A stretch of 64,000 nucleotides of DNA from Octopus sinensis (GCF_006345805.1 NC_043003.1:19716001-19780000), one strand, 5' to 3'; positions 46,256-61,249 are shown, numbered from the stretch's first letter. A program made the numbers and translations. The notes: generated by a model from the sequence alone, not told the origin.

Positions 46256-46355
46256 NNNNNNNNNNNNNNNNNNNNNNNNNNNNNNNNNNNNNNNNNNNNN
46301 NNNNNNNNNNNNNNNNNNNNNNNNNNNNNNNNNNNNNNNNNNNNNNNNNNNNNNN
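46256..46355. other. Assembly gap (100 N)
   Basis: Run of N. Confidence 1.
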
Positions 46356-46504
46356 CTTCTTCTTCTTCTTCTTTCTCTTCTTCTTCTCTTCTTCTTATTC
46401 TTCTTCTTCTTCTTCTTCTTCTTCTCTTCTTCTTCTTCTTCTTCTTCTTCTTCTTTCTCTTCTTCTTCTTCTTCTTCTTCTTCACTGATAGGCACTGCAC
46501 ACAT

Positions 46505-47165
46505 CTATTATTTAAAATCCGTTCTGTCTGTCTGTGTGTGTGTCTTCTAGGATCTCGGGCATTCTCCATCCGATTGCGCTCAAATTTGATATGTAGATAC
46601 CGACGGTATCAGGGCGTGTATAAGTCTTGAACAAATTACAAAAATCGATTCCTGGTGAGAATGCGATCGATAAAGCCGTGGAAACGTGCATTTGTACGCG
46701 CAAGTACAACAGCTGTTGCGATCGATACTACGCGTACGCGAGAAAAATGCACGTGCAATGTGCGCAAAAAAGCCGGCATGGCTTGAAATAATGCCACAAA
46801 ATGAAGTATATTTAAGAAACCAAAAATGTTAGATGCAAAAGAGATATTTTCTTCAAACTTGGCATGAAGGAAGGAAAGACTATTTGGTTTCTCAAGAAGT
46901 ATTTTTTTGCCTTAACTTCGTTTAACAAAACCAAAAATTTTATTGAAATAAAGGCATGCTTAATTATTTTTTAATGAAAAGAACACACTGATTGCTTTTT
47001 ATTCAGCAGATATGATTCAGCACCGTCCATTGGACGGGGGGGGGGCGTTTTGCTCGTATTACATAGATTACTTTCAATACAATAGAAAATTCAAAGTTCT
47101 TACAAAGCACTGCATGTACTCAAGGTACATGTAGCGGCGCTCGTTAATGCAGGGAAACACTGCAA
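46505..47165 (+). mobile_element. Non-autonomous Helitron/Helentron-like element
   Basis: tctattatttaaaatcc-(TCTG)n-...ccgattgcgctcaaatttg... and a GC-rich subterminal gcggcgctcgttaatgcagggaaacactgc. Confidence 0.45.
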
Positions 47166-47189
47166 TGAAAAGGAGACTGGCTGCTGCTG

Positions 47190-47234
<45 letters not shown>

Positions 47235-47835
47235 TACTACTACTACTACTACTACATTACTACTACTACTATTTTCTTATATAAAATGGGTAATCATTTT
47301 ATAGGAATAAGGGAATGATAGAATATGTTTTTATCGTCTCCCTTAAGTATATTAAGGATATAAAGCAATTTGACATCAATGGCGTACGTTGAAGGAGAAG
47401 AAAAGAAAATGGAGGAAACGAAGAAGGGTTTAGGGTTAATGTAAGGTGAAGGAGAAAACAATAAAGAATAAGAATAAGGAAAAGAAGGAAAGAAGGATAA
47501 GTAGAAGGAATGGCGAACAGAAAACCGGAAAAATAAGAAAAAGAAGAACAAGAAAAGAAGAAAGCTTAGAAGAAAAGTAAGAAGAAAAAAAAAAGAAACG
47601 GAATAGAAAAGAAATAGGAAGAAGTTTGAAAAAACAAACAAAAGTAACAAACAAAAGAAGGAGGAAAACAAAACAAGAAGAACAGAAAAAATTCTTCTAA
47701 CAACACAAAAAGAAATAAAATTAAAATGTCGAGTTATTGTTCAAAAGACTTTAAAGACAAAATACATTCTATTGTCTTTTATAAACAGCTTTTAAACAAT
47801 ACCCCCACACACACACGCACATATACATAGCATAT

Positions 47836-47892
<57 letters not shown>

Positions 47893-47933
47893 GCATGCAT
47901 ATACACACATACACATACGCACACACCCATATT

Positions 47934-47969
<36 letters not shown>

Positions 47970-49683
47970 AACATTCATACAAACATACGTATATATGCAC
48001 ACACCAATTGAAATTCAAACCGTGTGAGAACAAACAAACGACATCACTTCTTTAGTCTTTTATTCTGGATGTCTTTCACATTATAAACATATTCACCCGT
48101 GCAACTATTCTGTCGTTCATCTTCACTTCTAACACATTCATTCCTTTATTCCCTTATTTCCTTAATTCAATCTTCCTCTCGTTCTTGTTTTGTATTTTAA
48201 ATATCTATCGATTTGTGGAGATTTAAAAAAGAAAAAAATTCTTCAATTCTCTTTTCGTTTCCTTCTTAGTATAATAGTCAACTGTCATAGAATACACACT
48301 TACTTATCACTGCTTACACTTAACATTCTTTAATTCAGCCGGGATTAATAAGAAGAAAAACAAAAATACGGACAAATCCACCACAAATCATCAGCTGCGT
48401 GAAAGGTAGCTTATTCGAAAATCCTATTTTTCGCCTCAAACATCGTATGGAAACTACGAGAGTCTCATAAAATACTCTTCCAACCAGCGTAAAAGCCTCT
48501 AAGTGGTTGCTTAACCTGCTAGAAATATCAGCTAAATATCGCTCAAATTACACGCTACTTACTATATTTCTGTTGAAATACAGTCTTTGTTTCAATAAAT
48601 TACGCAAATAGTAAAGAATTTATCTTTTATCTTTTACTTGTTTCAATCATTAGACTGCGGCCATGCTGGAGCACGGCTTTCAAGAATATTTTAGTCAAAC
48701 GAATCGAACCCAGAGATCTAGACTTTTTCATTCGCAAAATATGTATTTTTTTTAAAAGACAGTAAAAAATCTGAAAATCAGCTATAATAGTAAAGTTTTT
48801 CAGTCTAATTGATATGAAGGTATGATGTTGTGGAGAAAAAATTGGAGGAAAAAGTTACAGAGGTTGAAAATTCGAAAAATTGTGTATTTTTAGCCAATAG
48901 CGAGACAGAAATTTTCTGCGTTAAGCGGAGCGGTGTCAACTTTAAGGTTGTACCCTGTGAAATTTATAGTGTAGCGTCTGTGGAATGACCTATTCGTTGT
49001 AGGTTTCTAAATAAACAGAAATACCTAATAAAATCAACATGTATCATCTTACTGTTTCTTTTGTCTCTTCATTGATTGTATGTTTTTATTATTTAAAAAA
49101 AATTTGTTATATTAATATATTTGTTTGCATGTGTTTGCTTTATGCGTATTTCAGTATTATGTATACCTGTCATGTATTTGTGTACAACGGGCTTCTTTAA
49201 GTTTCCGTCTACCAAATCCACTCACAAGGCTTTGGTTGGCCTGAGGCTATAGTAGAAGACACTTGCCCAAGGTACCACGCAGTGGGACTGAACCCAGAAC
49301 CATGTGGTTCGTAAGCAAGCTACTTACCACAGCCACTCCTACGCCTATGAAAAAGACACTTTTGTCACACATTGCGTTAAAAATGAGAAAATGTTCCCAA
49401 ATAGGATACCTTTTATCGCATGTCTGGTAGATGAGGACTGATACAGTGATTAATAACAAATAGTACGCAAAGAATAAACTTGTTTTAATTTATATCTTAC
49501 TATATCAGAAGAGCTATAGCATTTTGACGGTGACAAGGGCTTTTACGAAGACAAATTATTAAGTGCTACTTTAGCGTACAATTTACAGCAGTATCTGCTG
49601 TCTACGTTGTGAAATGACCTGATAAGGATTAGCTTTAGGGTTAGGTTTACGGTTAGGATTTAGGATTTGGGTTAAATTGCAGG

Positions 49684-49935
49684 AGTGGAGGCGAGTGGCT
49701 TTAGTGGTTAGGGCGTCAGCATCATGATCGTAAGATTGTGGTTTCGATTCCTGGACCGGGCGACACGTTGTGTTCTTGAGCAAAACACTTTATTTCACGT
49801 TGCTCCAGTCCACTCAGCTGGCAAAAAGGAGTAACACTGTGATGGACTGGCGTCCCATCCAGCTGGGGAACACATACGCCATAGAAACCGAGAAACCGGG
49901 CCCATGAGCCTGGCTAGCCTTTAAAAGGGCGCATT
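49684..49935 (+). mobile_element. SINE family C head plus tail Y
   Basis: ggaggcgagtggctttagtggttagg...gtttcgattcc...gatggactggcgtcccatccagctggggaac...atgagcctggc. Confidence 0.8.
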
Positions 49936-50461
49936 TGTGGAGGCGATGGTTTAGTGGTTAGGGTGTCAGCATTATGATCGTAATATTCCACTGTCGATCG
50001 GTTACTGGTCTATTTATAATGGATGGTTACTACCCCTTTTTACTGGGAGAGGCGTAGAGTTCCACTATACAATACATTTAAATTTTGTCGTATCAGTTAT
50101 GTATTTAGTGCAATATCTTGTGTGTGCGTGTGTGTGAAAAATATATATGCGAGTATAAGAGCATGTGGCCTTGTGGCACTCACGATCGCGACGTCGTGGT
50201 TTCAATTCGTGGACTGGACGGTGCGCTGTGTTATTGAGCAATGCACTTCGTCTCATGCTGCTCTGAGATCACTTAGACACCTAACATGTGGTACACCGGG
50301 TACCTGACAACGTAGATTTAATGGAGGGAGTGAGAAAACATGCAGCGCATACATCTGATCACTATAAACACATCATTTATGCAGGTTGTTCTGCAAGAAA
50401 TTGCAGAACCGTCCTTCCCGGACGACGAGAGACTACCACCGTCCACCCTCATATACAAATA

Positions 50462-50862
50462 TAATCCTTTCTATTATAGGCACAAGGCCTGAAATTGGGG
50501 AAGGAGGATAATCAATTACATCGACCCCAGTACTCAACTGGTACTTAATTTATCGATCCAGAAAGGATGAAAGGTAAAGTCGACCTCAGAAGAATTTGAA
50601 CGTAGCGCAGACGAAATACCGCTAAGTATTACGCATGGCATGCTAACGATTCTTTCCTAATCTAAGCACAAAGCCCGAAATTTTTGGGGAGGGGGCCAGT
50701 CGATTAGATCGACCCCAGTACGCAACTGGTACTTAATTTATCGCCCACGAAAGGATGAAAGGCAAAGTCGACCTCGGCAGAATTTGAACTCAGAACGTAA
50801 AGACAGACGAAATACGGCTACACATTTCGCCCGGCGTGCTAACGTTTCTGCCAGCTCGCCTT
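50462..50862 (-). mobile_element. SINE family A dimer with the alternative tail (gcacaaggcctgaaatt)
   Basis: Two central blocks; tail shared with 6790-6830 and 32350-32400. Confidence 0.75.
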
Positions 50863-50984
50863 CTCATATGCAGATATAATGGCTGGACCATTACAGTAGT
50901 GTATAAAATACTTAGTATTCTGAATTCAAATTTCATTAGAGGTTAACCCTTTCACTCCGGAAACCACTCCAAATTTCATTACTC

Positions 50985-51225
50985 TTAACTCTTTTACTCT
51001 TTTACTTGTTTCAGTCATTTGACTGCAGCCATTCTGGAGCACCGCCTTTTAGTCGAGGAAATCGACCCCAAGACTTATTTTCTGTAAGCCTAGTACTTAT
51101 TCTATCGGTCTCTTTTGCCAAACCGCAAAGTTACAGGGACGTAAACACACCAGCATCGGTTGTCAAGCAATGTTGGAGGGGGACAAACAGTTACACACAC
51201 ACACACACACACACAGACACACACA

Positions 51226-51271
<46 letters not shown>

Positions 51272-51478
51272 CATATATATATATAACGGCGGTGCATCAG
51301 CATGGCCGCAGCTCTGAGCTGAAACTAGAAAAAAAAACAAAAAAAAAAAACATATGCATATATACGACGGCCCGAGGCTATAGTAGAAGACACTTGCCCA
51401 AGGTGCCACGCAAGTGGGACTGAACCCGGAACCGTGTGGCTGGTAAGCAAGCTTCGTACCACACAGCCACTCCTGCGA
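50985..51478 (-). mobile_element. SINE family B
   Basis: Reverse complement of the 9836 type. Further copies at 37565-37707(-), 39763-39930, 49185-49348(-), 52140-52545(-), 54500-54895, 62520-62740, 63275-63675(-) and 63825-64000. Confidence 0.8.
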
Positions 51479-52368
51479 GGAAATTAGTTTTATATACCAA
51501 TCATTTTTTTTTGTTCAAGAACACCATGTTTGAAGCTATTTATTGTTGAGGTATGTCAACTTTATTGAGGCAACGTGATTCGCAGAAAATACCAATCCTG
51601 CTCTCCTTTTCTATTAGGAAGATATTTAACATAGTTTCTGGAATGACATCATTTATGGAATATGACATTTAATTTCGCAGTTAAAGGGTTAACGTTAACC
51701 TTCCTTCATACTGGGGTCGATATAATAAAAATTGATCCTAGACAAGTTGCTGAATCGATTTAATCGACTGTAGCTCTTTCCCAGAATGCTTGGGTTTACG
51801 AATATTCCAGAAACGATTATCTTCATATTACAAGGAGATGACGGTGAATGACAGAACTTAAGACAGAATTTAAGATTAAACTTTTCTACATTCTGAATTC
51901 AAATCCTGCAGGAGTCAATTTTACTTGGTGATATTCGGGAGTAGGGAGATGAGGGGGTACTGGATAAAATGAATACTGGGGATAACTTAATTGACAAGAC
52001 CACCCAAGAACGAGTCAAAAATGGGGTCCCTAAACAGTAAATCGACATGCTAAAGTAGCAGCTAAATATCTGTTGAATCACACTTTTGTGTTTTTTGTAA
52101 TAAAGACGGACACATTAGTAAATGTAGCCCTTTATATGTTATCTTTTACCTTTTACTTGTTTCCGTCATTGGACTGAGGCCATGCTGGGGCACTGATTCG
52201 AAGGATTCGTTAAATAAATCGACCTCGGTCTTAAAGGTTGGTACTTATTCTATCGGTTCCTGTTGCCGAACCGCTAAGTTACGGGAACTTCAAGAAGACA
52301 ATACTGGCTGTCAAGCGGTGGTGGAGAGCAAATACAAAGACACATGCATACGCACGCACGCACATACA

Positions 52369-52413
<45 letters not shown>

Positions 52414-52628
52414 CCACCAAATTCACTCACAAGGCAAGGCATTGATCGGGTCGGGGTTATAGTAGAAGAGATTTGTCCATGGGGGTTGAGCAGTGAAATT
52501 GAAACCGGAACCATATGGTTGCAAAGAAAACCGCTCATAGGTGGGACGTCATTGAACACTGTTCTATTTGTATTGGAGTGGTCTGGGGCTAAACAAAAGC
52601 CATCACCATAATAATAATAATAATAATG

Positions 52629-52682
<54 letters not shown>

Positions 52683-53422
52683 GAATTGATCTTATGTTAG
52701 GCAACATTTTCCATGATTTGCAGATTTCTCTTTTTAAGTTTAGTCTATGACCAGGCTTTCTTATAGTCTAAAAGAGAAATCCATTTTGCTTGGTCGTCGT
52801 ATGTCATCAGACAAGTGTACGTCCTTTACCGCAGCGTTCCCAATCATTTTTACACCACAGGTCTGGTTTCCAGCGAGTTGTTTTTCTGCTGACCGGGGGA
52901 TCACGCGTATTACAAAATATAATGAAGTGCATAATATAAAATTTAGTTACTACATATATAATACATATATATATAGGTTAGGGGAGTTAGAGGTTAAAAT
53001 AACCGCCTAAAGGATAGAAGTATCCATTATACTATCGGTATATTACCTATCTTTAACAATGGGCATACATATGCAAACATTATGTCCATAAATTATAGGT
53101 TAAGACAAAGATAAACATGGGTTTATTAAGAAATAAATTTGAAGAAAACAGAAAATGGAGAAATATTGACGAACAACAATTGACTTACATCAATTATTAT
53201 AAATTAATTCAATACAAATAAACTTCATCCCATCTAACAGCTGTTTCTACTTCCAATGTTGTATGATATTGCCATTGATATGCAAAAACATTTATCAGAT
53301 TTGGTATTAAAACCGATCTGAAACACGGAACTTCATCAGAGTGAAAAGCAAATAAAGAAGAAGAGAATAGAGAGGAAAAGTCAATTGTTGTCAATATTTC
53401 TCCATTTTCTGTTTTCTTTAAA

Positions 53423-53479
<57 letters not shown>

Positions 53480-53487
53480 ATATATAT

Positions 53488-53692
53488 AAAGGAATGAAGA
53501 AAATGCTGACAAATAATTGAAGTAATTTAAGTAATTTAATTAGGTGAAAGTTCTTTTTACCGGTTCGCATTTGTTATGCTTATCAAAATATTTTGATAAG
53601 CATAACAAATGCGCACCGGTAAAAAGAACTTTCACCTAATTAAATTACTTAAATTACTTCAATTATTTGTCAGCATTTTCTTCATTTCCTTT
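53488..53692. repeat. About 205-bp palindrome with zero spacer
   Basis: Centre caaaat|attttg (53589/53590); about 100-bp arms with one mismatch and one 1-nt indel; flanked by (TA)n. Confidence 0.92.
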
Positions 53693-53736
53693 TTTATATA
53701 TCACCACTCGTGTTCGACATCTCCTTTTTTTAAATA

Positions 53737-53779
<43 letters not shown>

Positions 53780-53794
53780 ATATATATATATTAG

Positions 53795-54500
53795 TGGAAC
53801 TGGCGACAGTAAACTTAGCTGGAGTATGCACATCAACAAAAAATGTCGATGTTGCCCGCAGAATGTGTTCATGGATCCTCAGAATTTTTCAATCTAGGGA
53901 TCATGAAACCACCATCCTTCGGTTCTCCACATTCCCTAGTCCCCACTTCGAACACTGCTGCTCATTGTGGTCTACCTTCTCCCAAACAAGACAAAATGGA
54001 GATCGAAGCGCCACAAAGATCAATCACAAAATATATAAATGGCATGATGAGACTTGATTATTGGACTCGACTTAAATAGGTGAAACTCTATTCTCTGCAA
54101 CGCCGCCGTGAGCGATACATTTGCACCATGTGAAAATATTCCACCAATATTATCTAAATGATAACGGTATTATGTTTACAATTCACCCAAGACTAGGCCC
54201 CCTTGCAATGCGTCCCCTACAAAAGTCGAGATCACATCACATAAGAACATTGTGACACAATTTCTTCACTGCTCTTTTCAATGTTATCTCGAAAGAAATT
54301 AAAGTAGAAAAAACCTCAAAAGTTTCAGACGGTACCTAGACCAATTCCTCCAGGAAATATCAGATAAGCCACCTACACCTGGATACGTCACAACCAACAA
54401 CAACTCTCTGCTTGAGTGGTCGATGGTGTCCCAAAATCATTAACTAAAATACATTTTAGTGGTGCTATTGAGTTAGTCATGGCCTGGGCCGATAATGGCC
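53795..54500 (+). mobile_element. CR1-clade LINE 3' fragment, decayed
   Basis: DSKLSWSMHIN..ARRMCSWILRIFQSRD...P(H)FEHCCSLWS..IEAPQRSITKYINGMMRLDYWTRLK..LYSLQRRRERY. Confidence 0.8.
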
Positions 54501-54629
54501 TTACCAACCACATGGTTCCGGGTTCAGTCCCATTGCGTGGCACCTTGGGCAAGTGTCTTCTACTATAGCCTCGGGCCCACCAAAGCCTTGAGTGTGGATT
54601 TGGTAAACGGAAACTAAAAGAAGCCCGTC

Positions 54630-54664
<35 letters not shown>

Positions 54665-54893
54665 TGTATGTATGTGTGTGTATATGTTTGTGTGTCTGTG
54701 TTTGTCACTCAACATCGCTTGACAACCGATGCTGGTGTGTTTACGCCTCCGTAACTTAGCGGTTCGGCAAAGAGACTGATAGCATAAGTACTAGGCTTAC
54801 AAAGAATAAGTCCTGGGATCGATTTCTTCGACTAAAGGCGGTGCTCCAGCATGGACGCAGTCAAATGAATGAAACAAGTAAAAGAGTAAAAGA

Positions 54894-54946
<53 letters not shown>

Positions 54947-55299
54947 ATTATATATATATATATGTATATATATGTGTATATATATATATATATAGATATA
55001 TATGTATATATATATATATGTATATATATGTGTATATATATATATGTATATATATATATATGTATGTATATATACTACATAAATAATATATATTACATAT
55101 ATAATACATATATATTATTTAATGCATTTTTTTTACATATATAATACATATATAATGCAAAAACATCTTGAAAACTGCGATAGTCAATAAAGTAGAAATA
55201 AAATTTAAAAATTATTCTTTCTATGCATCTTGATACCAAATGATCCGAGGTCTGGTGGTTGGAAAACCTTGCTTTACTGTACAGCTATTCTGATCACCA

Positions 55300-55810
55300 T
55301 GTAGAGGTACTCAACTGCTATTTATTTAATCGATCCTAGAATAGCGAAAGGTAAAGTAGACTTTGTTGGGATTTGAGTTCAGATCAAAAAGAGCTATTAC
55401 TAAATATTCCAAGGTGTCTTATCCGATGCTTTGACGATTCTGCCAATCCACTGCTTCGCTTATATCGGCACAACTATTGGTTCTGATAGACGGCTGGCAC
55501 CTTATTTTAAAGACAGCGAAAGGATGAAAGGCAAAGTTGACCTTGGTGCAATTTGAACTCAAAATGTAAAGAACCAAAAGAAATACCACCAAGCATTTTG
55601 TCTGACGCTGTTACGAATGTACGAGCTCACCAGCTTTAATTTACATTAGAATAACAAAGTTACATTATAAACCTGTCTAACAAGTCCTATGACACTGAAA
55701 AGATGAAAGGCGAAGTTGAGCTCCACTGGATTTGAACTCAGCACGTAAAGAGCTAGAAGAAATATCGCAAAGCAGTTTGTTCGTCGCCCTCACGATTCTG
55801 CCTAGCTACC
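55300..55810 (-). mobile_element. Three old, diverged family A-like SINE bodies in tandem
   Basis: Repeated gaaagg(at)gaaaggcaaagt(t/c)ga..atttgaactca blocks at about 55350, 55520 and 55700. Confidence 0.55.
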
Positions 55811-56593
55811 ATCCTGTTGATAGAGCGTGCGATTTGAGCGAGATTTGGGTTAAATTTGGTTAGCTTTACCTTCCATCATTTCGGTACTGTTAAAATACTA
55901 GTCAAATAATGGAGTCGATAGTAGCACCGATATAAGCAAATCAGTGGATCTAGCAAATTGAATAACTGCATAAAAACTTCTTTTATTGGTTCGTGTCTTC
56001 ATCTTGTCTAAAGTAGAGATCTTCAAGTGCATTTTGGCTGCCCCCCGGCACGTATTAGATTTAAGATAATGAGAACATTCATGCGTACGTAATGACAACA
56101 CGAAAGTAATTTTAGCTCCCAAATTATGCAATCACACTGGGACACTTAAATTCATTGACAACATAATTAAGCAACATGTTTGAAGTGTTGGGCTTCGCAA
56201 TACAGGAGCAAAATCGATTCGTTTAGAACTATTATAAGCCCAATATTTCAATGAGACCGTCTAAAGATGTAAGACTTGTCTGACAATTACAACAAAAAAA
56301 GATTAGATAAGAAATAACGAACAAAACACAAAACAGAAAAAAACCCATCTCATGATACAATTACATACGGCATCTGTCTATCTATCAATGTTTTTCCTTT
56401 CTCTTTTTCCTTTTGCTGTATTTTGTAGACAATAATATTGAATTGAATGGCATTAATTGCAGAATTACGCACACACATACTCACACACGCACACATACAC
56501 ACACACATATACACACACACAGACACACCTACGTGTGTGCATATGCATCTCTCTCTCTATATATACATATGTATATATATATACACACATCTA

Positions 56594-56664
<71 letters not shown>

Positions 56665-57042
56665 AGACATATATATATTTATGCACATATATACATAAAT
56701 CTATACCTACATACATATACACACATCTAATATAGTATAAAAGGCTCACATACATACATACATACATACATACATACATACATACATACATACATACATA
56801 CATACGTGCATGCATGCATGCATGCATACACTCATCCCCATCACGCACATATACGTGTATGCATATATGTGAATATATAACATGACATAACGTATATAGA
56901 ACAGTATTATAACGTAGACCGGCAAAAAAGCCTCAGATCTCTTTATTTATGACAACAACGGAGAAAAGGGCAGCATCTATGACCCTCTTTGCAAGACGCC
57001 CAGGACCTTCAGTAAAATGAGAGAAAGGATCCACAACGATAA

Positions 57043-57460
57043 GGTGGTGAGTTGGCAGAATCGTTAGCACGCCGGGCGAAATGCTTAGCGGTATTTCGTT
57101 TCCCGTTACGTTCTGAGTTCAAATTCCGCCGAGATCGACTTTGCCCTTCATCCTTTTGGGGTCGATAAATTAAGTACCAGTTACGGACTGGGGTCGATAA
57201 AGTCGACTTAATCCGTTTGTCTCTCCTTGTTTGTTCCCTCTGTGTTTAGCCCCTTGTGGGCAGTAAAGAAATAGGTATTTCGTCTGCCGTTACGTTCTGA
57301 GTTCAAATTCCGCCGTGGTCGACTTTGCCTTTCATTCTTTCGGGGTCGATTAAATAAGTACCAGTTGCGCTCTGAGGTCGATGTGATCGACTTAATCCGT
57401 TTGTCTGTCCTTGTTTGTCCCCTCTATGTTTAGCCTCTTGTGGGCAATAAAAAATAAGAA
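57043..57460 (+). mobile_element. SINE family A dimer
   Basis: Junction ...gggcagtaaagaaata|ggtatttcgtctgccg. Confidence 0.85.
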
Positions 57461-58954
57461 AGGATCCACAACTAAAATTAACAAACAGACCAAAGACCTG
57501 ATCCAAATTCCTTAAGGGTCCACTAAAAATAACCAAAGATATATTGGCGTTAAACCGAGCAATATTTTAAGTCTGCCAAACACAACACCTCCCAAATTTT
57601 TCATTGTGGTGCTTCTACATATATTTTAGTTTACTTAATTAGCAATGCTTCTTTTTTTATCTTTTCGAGGCTATGTTAGAAGATATTTGCCTACGGTGCC
57701 GCGCAGTGGGATCGAACAGAACACCATGTAGTTGATAAGCAACCTTCTTAACCATGCTGCCATTCACGTGCGGTTTAACTATGTATATGATGACTCCAGT
57801 ATCATAACTGACGTAAAACGAAAGCAGACGTCTACATGCGGTTGCCAAGGTTACGTCAGATTATGATTCGTTTTATGTAAATACACGAGTGCGTTTGTGA
57901 AGGCAGACGATATTAACCCAGTCAACAACATCAGCAGAACGCTATCTTCCTTCTGTCGCAGCCGCCACCGCCACCACCACCACTACCACCACCACCACCA
58001 CCACCAACAACAACAACAAGAACAACAACAACAACAACAACACCCGCGACATTAAGTTAATGAAAGGAGCGTCTATGTAGTTGCTCAATTTGCTAGAAAT
58101 ACTAACCAAATCCTTTTGAAATCATAATTTGCAATCTTAGAAAATAAATACACGTTGGATAATATGTTCTTGGATTCTCTTCACATTGGAAAAAGACTGG
58201 ATGGTCACAGATGGAATACCTTTGGCTATAAGTGTATTCAATCAGAGCTGATGAGCTAAATAACGATGAAAATAACGACGACGACAACGAAAATAACAAT
58301 GGCACCACTTCCATTACCACCATCCAAATAATAACAGAAGCAGTAGTAGTAGTAGTAGCAGCAGCAGCAGCATAACAACAACAACAGCAATAACAGCAAC
58401 AAGTGGAGGCGCAATGGCCCAGTGGTTAGGACAGCGGACTCGCGGTCGTAAGAACGCGGTTTCGATACCCAAACCGGGCATTGTGTTTATTGAGCAAAAA
58501 CATTTAAGCTCCACGAGGCTCCGGCGGGGGGTGGTGGTGAACCCCCGCTGTACTCTTTCACCACAACTTTCTCTCACTCTTCCTTCCTACTTCTACCACA
58601 AAGCAGAGGAACCATGGTGTAACCCACTATGGTGAGGTAAACTTTCAGACCCTAGTCTAGATTGCGAATCATCTGTACCTCAGGATGGTTCAGCTCTCCA
58701 TCCGTTAAAAGCCACCGTTTACGGAGTGAGGATAACAACGTAGCTTTCGCGCCCGTGCAACCGCCAGTCTATCGCGTGTGGTGGGTGGGTCTTCAAGTTA
58801 CCACATGCATTCTTAGTAGCTTAGAGTAGGCTCGAATTAGAGATTATTCTTTGTGGCTAATGGCGTGAATGCTGATTGGAAGAAGAAAGACAACTGCAAC
58901 GACGATAATAATCCTTTTTTGAAAATTTTTGGGGAGGAGCATAAGACAGTTACA

Positions 58955-59295
58955 TCAACCCCCGTGATGAAATGGCATTTATTTAATCGATCCCGAAAAG
59001 GTGTCAGGCAAAGTCGATCTCGGCGGAATTTGAACTCAGGACTTGAAGTAGAGACGGACGAAATCCCTATTTCTTTACTACCCACAAGGGGCTAAACACA
59101 GACAGGACAAACAAGGACAGACAAACGGATTAAGTCGATTATATCGACCCCAGTGCGTAACTGGTACTTATTTAATCGACCCCGAAAGGATGAAAGGCAA
59201 AGTCGACCTCGGCGGAATTTGATCTCAGAACGTAACGGCAGACGAAATACGGCTACGCATTTCGTCCGGCGTGCTAACGATTCTGCCGGCTCGTC
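58955..59295 (-). mobile_element. SINE family A (monomer plus partial second body)
   Basis: Same junction motif as the other multimers. Confidence 0.8.
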
Positions 59296-59300
59296 GATTT

Positions 59301-59331
<31 letters not shown>

Positions 59332-60399
59332 CAACAGCGGCAACAACAACAACAACAACAACAATAATAATAATAATAATAACAACCTCAATAACAGCAA
59401 CAGAAATTACAGCATCAACAACAGCAACAACAAATAAAGCAGGAACAACAGCGTCAACAACAACAACGACGACGACGACAACAACAACAGCAACAACAAC
59501 AACAGCAACAACAACAACAACAACAACAGCAACAACAACAAACAACAACAACAGCAAAAAGAGCCACATCACCTCCGCCATCGTCCCTACTTCTAAAACG
59601 CTTACAACCTCAATGACAAAGTACAATACGAACAAGTACAAGCAGCAACAACCACAAGAACATCAACATGTAATATCGAATAATTGCATACGCTGGCATA
59701 ATAATCTGAAATTATCGATTTTCGATTGATTAGCTACAAATCCAATTTCACTTTTTTTTTCTTTTTTGTTGGGAACGAGTATTTTTTTTTTTGTTCCTGG
59801 AAGAAAATGAAAGCCAAAGAAGCGTTTCAACTCGACCTAATATTAACCCTAACTCATCTGTGAAAATCTGTTCTTTGGATTCGTTTGTGGTGCATTTTTA
59901 GCAATAATGCCCATTAATAAGCCACCATCACTAGTTGTTGTTGAACCCCAGGTCACATGATCAGTGAAGACCAATGGTCAAAGGTTTACCAGTCATGAAC
60001 TTCTCGTCACATTTTTTTCAGATTCATCCTCCATTTCTTTTTATTGAGACGGTCTTTCGTAAAATGAATGAAATTTAGCTGCTATTTATAGCAAGTCGAA
60101 CGATTATATAAAGGTTCTTTAGTTTGCACATTTAATTACTTAATTGCAGTAAAGCTTCAAATGAAGCGGGTCTAGGTTGTCGAACTGGGCAAAACAGGTT
60201 CTTTTTAGGGCTAGAATAATGATGTAGACATTGCAAGGCCTTGGCTCAATTATGGCCGCGTGGTAAAGAAGTTTGCTTACCAATTTGGCAGTCCTTGGTT
60301 CGATCCTTCTTCGGGATACCTTGGACAGGTATTTTCTAACATCATTCAACCTAAACACTGTGAATGAAATTTGCAAGATATCTTTAATATTCTTTTATT

Positions 60400-60910
60400 C
60401 TTTTATTTGTTTCAGTCATATGACTGTGGCCATGCTGGAGCACCACCTTTAGTTGAGCAAATCGACCCCAGGACTTATTCTTTACAAGCCTAGTACTTAT
60501 TCTGTCTGTCTCTCTTGTCGAACCGCTTAGTGACGAGGACGTAAACACACCAGCATCGGTTGTCAAGCGATGTTAGGAGGACAAACACAGACACACAAAG
60601 ATACACATATGTGTTTGTTCCTTCTCGAGCCACGCCTGGCTCATAAGAGCCGGTTTTCCGATTTCCTTGGCGTATATGTTCCCCACCTAGACGGGACGCC
60701 GGTCTGTCGCAGGTGAGCTGCAAGATGCAGGAGGAAAGAGTGAGAGAAAGTTGTGGCGAAAGAGTCAGCAGAACTTCGCCATTACCGTCTGCCGGAGCCG
60801 CGTGGAGCTTAGGTGTTTCGATCATAAACACACACATCGCCCAGTCTGAGATTCGAACCCGCGATCCCTCGACCGCGAGTCCGCTGCTCTAATCACTAGG
60901 CCATGTGCCT

Positions 60911-60951
<41 letters not shown>

Positions 60952-61135
60952 ACACGCATACATACACACACATACATACACACATACGACGGGCTTCTTT
61001 CAGTTTCCATTTACCAAATACACTCACAAGGCTTTGGTCGGCCTGAGGCTAAAGTAGAAGACACTTGCACAAGGTGCCACGCAGTGGGACTGAACCCGGA
61101 ACCATATAGTTGGTAAGTAAGCTACTTATCATACA
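60400..61135 (-). mobile_element. SINE family B split by a family D SINE (60615-60912)
   Basis: B halves at 60400-60610 and 60915-61135; insert sits in B's internal (CA)n. Confidence 0.8.
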
Positions 61136-61249
61136 AATGGATTATTATCTATTTTGAACATAATTCCTTTTGGGTTTGCTTTTCATTTGATTTAGTTTAA
61201 AATTGGCATGCTGATTTCAAAACAACAGCCAGTTTTCTTCTATCATATG

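Noticed and set aside
49625-49680. Interstitial telomere (ttagggttagg-like)
   Set aside because: Short and degenerate; resembles the telomere-like cores of the MITEs at 7156 and 11215.
58600-58830. Possible HDV-like ribozyme or LINE 5' UTR (GC-richer patch with small hairpins)
   Set aside because: Could not build the nested double-pseudoknot by hand; only a local GGATGG/CCATCC hairpin is evident.
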